DNA from: an uncultured Clostridia bacterium
Lineage (GTDB): Bacteria > Bacillota > Clostridia > TANB77 > CAG-508
Reading direction: 5' to 3'
Length of the DNA stretch: 64,000 nt
Assembly (NCBI GenBank): GCA_934141445.1
Contig: CAKPCF010000004.1
Span: forward strand, 15,526 to 79,525
The notes below the pieces were generated by a model. The model was given only the letters and a program-made list of their open reading frames with translations. It did no database searches and was not told the origin of the DNA. The position numbers and the translations under genes were made by a program. How positions within the stretch are numbered: position 1 is the first letter of the stretch; each line of letters opens with the position of its first letter. Of this stretch, positions 58,876 to 64,000 are shown in pieces.

Positions 58876-58962
58876 TGATTTGTGGTATTTTATTTCAAAG
58901 ATTTGTGTTTTTTCATTTCAAACATTTGTGGTATTTTACTTCAAAGATTTGCGCTACCAAAG
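58871..58962. repeat. Four tandem 23-bp direct repeats (TTCAAAGATTTGTGGTATTTTAT-like)
   Basis: Units start at 58871, 58894, 58917 and 58940: ttcaatgatttgtggtattttat / ttcaaagatttgtgttttttcat / ttcaaacatttgtggtattttac / ttcaaagatttgcgctaccaaag. The period is exactly 23 bp. Confidence 0.85.
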
Positions 58963-58974
58963 TTTTATATGGTG

Positions 58975-59151
58975 TTAATAGAAGAAAAAGAAACTTTTAA
59001 TTTTATGTATTGCTCTTTTTACTATATTCTCTTTCTTCACAACCATAGCTTTTATTTGCTCTTTCTCTGCTTTATTATCATAATGATATAGCAAATCATA
59101 ATAAGCTATTCTAAAGGCTTTTAAATTTTCACTTTCTTTTCTATCTGACAT
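58975..59151 (-). CDS. Hypothetical 58-aa protein downstream of the 340-aa membrane protein
   Basis: Hand translation: MSDRKESENLKAFRIAYYDLLYHYDNKAEKEQIKAMVVKKENIVKRAIHKIKSFFFFY. AAGGAA lies 8 nt upstream. It is below the ORF-track size cut-off. Confidence 0.35.
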   Translation of the reverse strand: MSDRKESENLKAFRIAYYDLLYHYDNKAEKEQIKAMVVKKENIVKRAIHKIKSFFFFY

Positions 59152-59175
59152 TATAAATTTCCTTTTATTTTATTT

Positions 59176-60198
59176 TTACAAAAGTTCTTTTTTATTTTTC
59201 TTTCTACCATATTCTTCTTTCATCTTTTGTTTATTCTCGTTTGAATATCCTAAAAGAATTTCTGAATTTTTATTAGCAATTGTATTCCATATCTCTTCAA
59301 ACAATTCTTTTCTTGACTTTGTAATCATTTGAAATGTTGCAATTGTACTTAGTTTACCATCATTTGTCATTATATTTATAGTTTCATAAGCTTTAACGAA
59401 GTTAACTCTTTGTACGAATTTATACATCCAAACAACATCTTTGTATGGAATCGCTTTAAAATTTCCAGAAAATTGTATAATATAATTTTCTGTTAAGCAT
59501 AAATGTTGCTTATCATAGTAAAAAGCACTTGCACTATTCATTTCATCATCTAATAAATTGATATCTTCTTCACTTAATTTATTTATGCTTCTATTATATT
59601 TTATTTTTAAAACTAAGGCTATTACAAAATATATTATACCTATTATTCCGACTAATGCTCCAAATGCAAAATATGTATCATTTGCTTCTGTAAATTCTGT
59701 TGTAGCATCTAAATAAACAGTTCCAAAATAACTTTTAGCTTCATCTTCTGAAATTTTATTTTCTTCATCTAAAGTCTCATTATAAGTTTCAAGTGCATAT
59801 TCTAATATATTATCTGATATTGCTTTAGTAATTCCATCTATTCTAATAGGTGTAGTTTCAATATCTTCTCTATCTAATTCGTTAAATTGTTCATCTGTTA
59901 AATATACAATATATAAATATTTCCCATCTGTTATTAAATAATATTTATTGCTTGTTTCTGATTCTTCTGCAAAAACATAAGGAATTACAGCTACATTTAC
60001 ATATGACTTTTTATCTGTATTTTCTTGTTCCATTATAACATCATTTAAATATTTTTTGTTTTCCTCTTCTTTTGCATCATTGCTACTAGCATATACAAAT
60101 AAAACTACAGCAACAATAATAATTAGTATAGAAATAATTAAATTTCTATTTTTCTTTTTTGCTTCTTTTTGTACGTTCTCATTTCTAAATTTTAACAT
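59176..60198 (-). CDS. Hypothetical two-TM membrane protein
   Basis: ORF track. It has an N-terminal TM, an extracellular domain of about 150 aa, a second TM, then a cytoplasmic C-terminal domain. No family recognised with confidence. Confidence 0.55.
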   Translation of the reverse strand: MLKFRNENVQKEAKKKNRNLIISILIIIVAVVLFVYASSNDAKEEENKKYLNDVIMEQENTDKKSYVNVAVIPYVFAEESETSNKYYLITDGKYLYIVYLTDEQFNELDREDIETTPIRIDGITKAISDNILEYALETYNETLDEENKISEDEAKSYFGTVYLDATTEFTEANDTYFAFGALVGIIGIIYFVIALVLKIKYNRSINKLSEEDINLLDDEMNSASAFYYDKQHLCLTENYIIQFSGNFKAIPYKDVVWMYKFVQRVNFVKAYETINIMTNDGKLSTIATFQMITKSRKELFEEIWNTIANKNSEILLGYSNENKQKMKEEYGRKKNKKELL

Positions 60199-60527
60199 TT
60201 TTATATCCCCTTTATTAAAATAAACTAGATTGAATACAATTTTATTTTACCATTTATTAAATCATATATCAACCACTTTTTTTCCAGAAAAAAAGCAGGA
60301 TTACCTGCCTATATTTTTCTATTTCAAATAATTCTACTATTTCATTAAGTGTTTTATTTTCTAATGAATTATACCAATCCATTTCTCTATATTATACCAT
60401 ATATTTTTCCAAAAAAGAAAGTATATATACTAATAGCATTATTTAGTTTCCAAAAAAGATATATGTCATTTTTCTCAAACGTAATAAAAAAAGTGACTAT
60501 TATAGCCACTAAATTATATATATCCAA

Positions 60528-61286
60528 TTATTCTTCATAACCTATTATGTCTTTAATTACTTCTCCTGCAATTATTAAACCAGCAACTGATGGTACGAAA
60601 GATATACTGCCCGGAATTTGATTCTTAGCTGTACATTTTCTTTTTGTTCCTGGTGGACATATACAATGATTTTTACAACTAATTTCCTCTGTTTCTTTTG
60701 GTTTTATTGGTACTTCTTTTGAATAAACCACCTTTAATTTTTTTATTCCTCTAGCTTTTAATTCTTTTCTCATAACTTTTGCAAGTGGACATACACTAGT
60801 TTTGTATATATCTGTTACTTCAAATCTTGTAGGGTCTAATTTATTTCCTGTTCCCATACTTGAAATGATTGGAATATTTAGCTTATTTGCCCTCATTATT
60901 AATTCTATTTTTGCAGTTACTGTATCAACACTATCAACTACATAAGATACACTTTCATCTAAGATTTCCTTGCTGTCTGGCATAAAGAATTCTTTATATG
61001 TTTCTACATTAGCTTTTGGGTTTATATCCAATATTCTTTCTTTTGCAACATCTACTTTATATTTTCCTATTGTTTTATATGTAGCAATTATTTGTCTATT
61101 CAAATTTGTCAAACAAACTTTATCATCATCTACAATTATAAAATTTTGCACTCCTGCTCTTGCTAAAGATTCTACAACAAAAGAACCTACTCCACCAACA
61201 CCAAATATAGCTACTTTTGCATTATTTAATTTTTCTATTGATTCTTTTCCTATTAGTAATTCTGTTCTAGAAAATTGATTTTGCAT
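60528..61286 (-). CDS. tcdA: tRNA threonylcarbamoyladenosine dehydratase (ThiF/E1-like)
   Basis: FSRTELLIG...KVAIFGVGGVGSFVVESLARAGV. I moved the start to MQNQF (ATG at 61286, GAAAGGAA RBS), which removes the overlap with mnmA. Confidence 0.8.
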   Translation of the reverse strand: MQNQFSRTELLIGKESIEKLNNAKVAIFGVGGVGSFVVESLARAGVQNFIIVDDDKVCLTNLNRQIIATYKTIGKYKVDVAKERILDINPKANVETYKEFFMPDSKEILDESVSYVVDSVDTVTAKIELIMRANKLNIPIISSMGTGNKLDPTRFEVTDIYKTSVCPLAKVMRKELKARGIKKLKVVYSKEVPIKPKETEEISCKNHCICPPGTKRKCTAKNQIPGSISFVPSVAGLIIAGEVIKDIIGYEE

Positions 61287-61350
61287 TTTAAATTTATTCC
61301 TTTCTCGTTTTATATTCAAAAATAAACTCTTTATTGCATACTTCTTATAT

Positions 61351-62415
61351 TTAGCAAATCTTGCCACCACCAACAACAATATCATCAATATAAAATACTG
61401 CTGACTGTCCTGGGGTTAAGGCTCTTTGGGGTTCAGCAAAGACAACTTTTATATCATTTCCTTGTTGAGAAATTTTTGCTTTAGCAGCTCTTGTAGAATA
61501 TCTTGTTTTTACTTCTACTTCCATTTCAGCTTCTATTTCATCAACTAACAATAAATTTATATCTTTAACTATAATTTCTTTTTTATAAAGCTTATCTTCT
61601 TCTCCAACAATTACTTCATTCTTTGCTCTATTAAATCCTAATACAAAAAGTGGTACTGGATTTGAAATTCCAAGTCCTTTTCTTTGACCAATAGTATAAT
61701 TATATAGTCCTGTATGTTTTCCTAAAACTTTTCCCTCTAAGTTTACAATATTTCCTGCCTTTGGCTTTATATTAGAATTGTTTTCTAAAAACTTTTTATA
61801 GTTTCCATCTGGAATAAAACAAATATCTTCACTATCTGGTTTATTAGCAACTTTTAAATTCTTTTCTCTTGCTATTTCTCTAATTTGTTCTTTACTCTCA
61901 AAATCTGAAAGTGGAAATAAAACATATTGGATTAAGTCTTTTGGAATATTCCATAATACATAACTTTGATCTTTTTTACCAGCCTTTGATTTCTTTAAAA
62001 CCCATCTACCATATTTTTCGCTATATTCAGTTTTTGCATAATGTCCAGTAGCAATATACTCGCAACCAAGTTCTTTTGCTTTTTCATACATTATTCCAAA
62101 CTTCATATATTTATTGCATTCAATACAAGGGTTTGGTGTTTTACAATTTGCATAACAATCAATAAAATCATCAATAACATATTTACTAAATTCTTTCTTA
62201 TAGTCAAAAGTAAAATGTGGTATTCCTATTGATTTACACACATTTTTAGCATCTATATATGTATTTATATTACAGCAACTACTTCCTGCATATAATTCCA
62301 AAGTAGAGCCTATTACATCATATCCTTGCTCTTTTAATAGTAAAGCAGAAACACTGCTATCTACTCCACCACTCATTCCTAATAAGACTTTTTTATTCTC
62401 CATTTTATTTTCCAT
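61351..62415 (-). CDS. mnmA: tRNA 2-thiouridine(34) synthase
   Basis: PP-loop GMSGGVDSS, CNK..KF, ATGHYA, with typical length. Confidence 0.95.
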   Translation of the reverse strand: MENKMENKKVLLGMSGGVDSSVSALLLKEQGYDVIGSTLELYAGSSCCNINTYIDAKNVCKSIGIPHFTFDYKKEFSKYVIDDFIDCYANCKTPNPCIECNKYMKFGIMYEKAKELGCEYIATGHYAKTEYSEKYGRWVLKKSKAGKKDQSYVLWNIPKDLIQYVLFPLSDFESKEQIREIAREKNLKVANKPDSEDICFIPDGNYKKFLENNSNIKPKAGNIVNLEGKVLGKHTGLYNYTIGQRKGLGISNPVPLFVLGFNRAKNEVIVGEEDKLYKKEIIVKDINLLLVDEIEAEMEVEVKTRYSTRAAKAKISQQGNDIKVVFAEPQRALTPGQSAVFYIDDIVVGGGKIC

Positions 62416-62419
62416 CTTT

Positions 62420-62863
62420 CTAGTTTTTCTTTTCTCTTTTTTCTAATATATCGTCTAAAGTATGCCATGCAAGTAATGCACATTTTACTCTAGCTGGCAT
62501 GTGAGAAACATTTTTAAAAGCAATTGCATCTTCCAACTTCTTTAATTCTTCATCACTTACTGCTTCTCTTTTAATCATGTCTATAAATACTTTTATAATC
62601 TCTTTTGCCTCTTCTACAGTTTTTCCTTTTAAAGTATCAATCATTATTGATGTAGAAGCTTGTGAAATTGCACATCCATGACCAGAAAAAGCCATATCTA
62701 AAATTTTATCTCCATCCATTTTTACTTCAATGGAAATTTCATCACCACAATTAGGATTATGTCCTAATTCTTCATAATCATATTTATCTAAATGCTTTTT
62801 ATTATATGAATTCATACTATGTTCCATAATAAGTTCATTGTATACATCATCTAAATCATCCAC
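62420..62863 (-). CDS. sufU: SufU/IscU-type Fe-S cluster scaffold / sulfur acceptor
   Basis: NPNCGDEI, GHGCAISQAS, and a C-terminal Cys in VKCALL. Confidence 0.85.
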   Translation of the reverse strand: MDDLDDVYNELIMEHSMNSYNKKHLDKYDYEELGHNPNCGDEISIEVKMDGDKILDMAFSGHGCAISQASTSIMIDTLKGKTVEEAKEIIKVFIDMIKREAVSDEELKKLEDAIAFKNVSHMPARVKCALLAWHTLDDILEKREKKN

Positions 62864-62886
62864 TTTATTTGCCCCCTCGAATTATT

Positions 62887-64000
62887 TTAAACTTTTATAT
62901 ATTTTTTAAACATATTATATGCTTTTTCAAGTGCTACAACAAGTTTATCTACATCTTCTTTAGTATTGTAGAAATAAAAGCTTGCTCTACAAGTTGAATC
63001 TATGCCTAAAAATCTCATTAGTGGTTGTGCACAATGATTACCAGAACGCACACATACACCTTCTGAATCTAAAATACTTGCAACATCATGTGGATGAACT
63101 CCTTTTATATTAAACGAAATAACAGATGAATGATGTTCATCATTATTAGTTAAATATAAATCTAAAAAGTCTAATTTTCTTAATTGCTCTCTAGCATATT
63201 TTAATATTTCATGTTCCTTTTCTTGTATTGCATCATATCCAATTTTTTGAATATAATCAATTGCAGCGCCAAGACCTACTACACCTTCAACATTCTGTGT
63301 TCCAGCTTCAAATTTATTTGGTAAACTAGCAAATGTAGTATCTTGTTCATAAACATATTCAATCATATCTCCACCCATTAAAAATGGTGATATACTATTT
63401 AAAATTTCTCTTTTTCCATATAATATTCCAATTCCCAATGGTGCTAACATTTTATGGCCTGAAAACACTACAAAATCCGCATCTAAAGCTTGTACATCAA
63501 GTCTCATATGAGGAATACTTTGTGAAGCATCTAATACAACTATTGCTCCTTTTTTATGTGCAAGTTTTATAATTTTTTCTACATTATTTATTGTTCCTAA
63601 CACATTTGATACATAAGTAATTCCAACAATTTTTGTTTTATCTGTAATTTTGCTTTCTATTTCTTCATCAGAAAGTTCAAAATTTTCGTTAATATACATA
63701 TAATTTAGTTTTGCATTTTTAGTTTTAGCAACTTTTTGCCAAGGAACTAAATTTGAATGATGTTCCATTACTGAAATAACAATTTCATCATCTTTTTGTA
63801 TTTTATCCAAACCATAAGAATATGCAATTAAATTTAAACTTTCTGTTGCATTTTTTGAAAAAATAACTTCTTCTCTATGCTTAGCATTTATAAATTCAGC
63901 TATTTTAGTTCTAGTATTCTCATAAATTTCCGTCGCATCTTGACTTAATGTATATGCACCTCTATGAGGATTTGCATTCAAATTTTTATAAAAATTTTCT
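62887..64000 (-). CDS. sufS: Class II cysteine desulfurase (5' end beyond window)
   Basis: HHSN, SGHKM (PLP Lys), and RSGNHCAQPL active-site loop. The frame stays open to the window edge. Confidence 0.85.
   Translation of the reverse strand, partial: ENFYKNLNANPHRGAYTLSQDATEIYENTRTKIAEFINAKHREEVIFSKNATESLNLIAYSYGLDKIQKDDEIVISVMEHHSNLVPWQKVAKTKNAKLNYMYINENFELSDEEIESKITDKTKIVGITYVSNVLGTINNVEKIIKLAHKKGAIVVLDASQSIPHMRLDVQALDADFVVFSGHKMLAPLGIGILYGKREILNSISPFLMGGDMIEYVYEQDTTFASLPNKFEAGTQNVEGVVGLGAAIDYIQKIGYDAIQEKEHEILKYAREQLRKLDFLDLYLTNNDEHHSSVISFNIKGVHPHDVASILDSEGVCVRSGNHCAQPLMRFLGIDSTCRASFYFYNTKEDVDKLVVALEKAYNMFKKYIKV

Noticed and set aside
58871-58962. The tandem 23-bp repeats could be a CRISPR array.
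   Set aside because: The units are contiguous with no unique spacers, there are only four units, and no cas genes are in the window.
1-64000. Prophage, transposon, IS element or integrative element genes that could explain the foreign islands.
   Set aside because: No transposase, integrase/recombinase, relaxase or phage structural motif was recognisable in any ORF of the track or in my reading of the intergenic regions.

Overview
This is a very AT-rich chromosomal segment (roughly a quarter G+C by eye) that looks Firmicutes/Clostridia-like, with almost every gene on the minus strand. Housekeeping anchors are prfB (5' end only), secA, murD, uvrA, tcdA, mnmA, sufU and sufS (truncated). The window also holds an ECF sigma/anti-sigma pair, a BceRS-BceAB-type peptide-antibiotic module, tag, a RhuM-family gene and a frameshifted MFS transporter. 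From about 26.7 to 55.1 kb there are two back-to-back Wzx/Wzy-type surface-glycan loci. They contain three phosphoglycosyl transferases (one a tandem PGT-PGT fusion) and an ATP-grasp / PLP-fold / FemAB-like trio where a PglD-type acetyltransferase would be expected. A HEPN (RNNIAH) toxin-like gene with a small upstream partner sits between the two loci. The most unusual signal is three short islands of abruptly higher G+C (hand counts 42-49% in their small ORFs) at about 0.35-1.9 kb, 5.87-6.19 kb and 17.9-18.3 kb. Each is a self-contained unit: consensus promoter (TTGACA or TTGAAA, 17 nt, TATAAT), one or more tiny ORFs, and a hairpin terminator. The third island is bracketed by a 56-bp direct repeat that duplicates the RBS and first codons of the neighbouring gene. 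The first island carries two diverged paralogs, each behind a nearly invariant structured leader. I saw no rRNA, tRNA, CRISPR array, transposase or integrase. All functional calls come from motif recognition by eye, and no database search or folding computation was possible.
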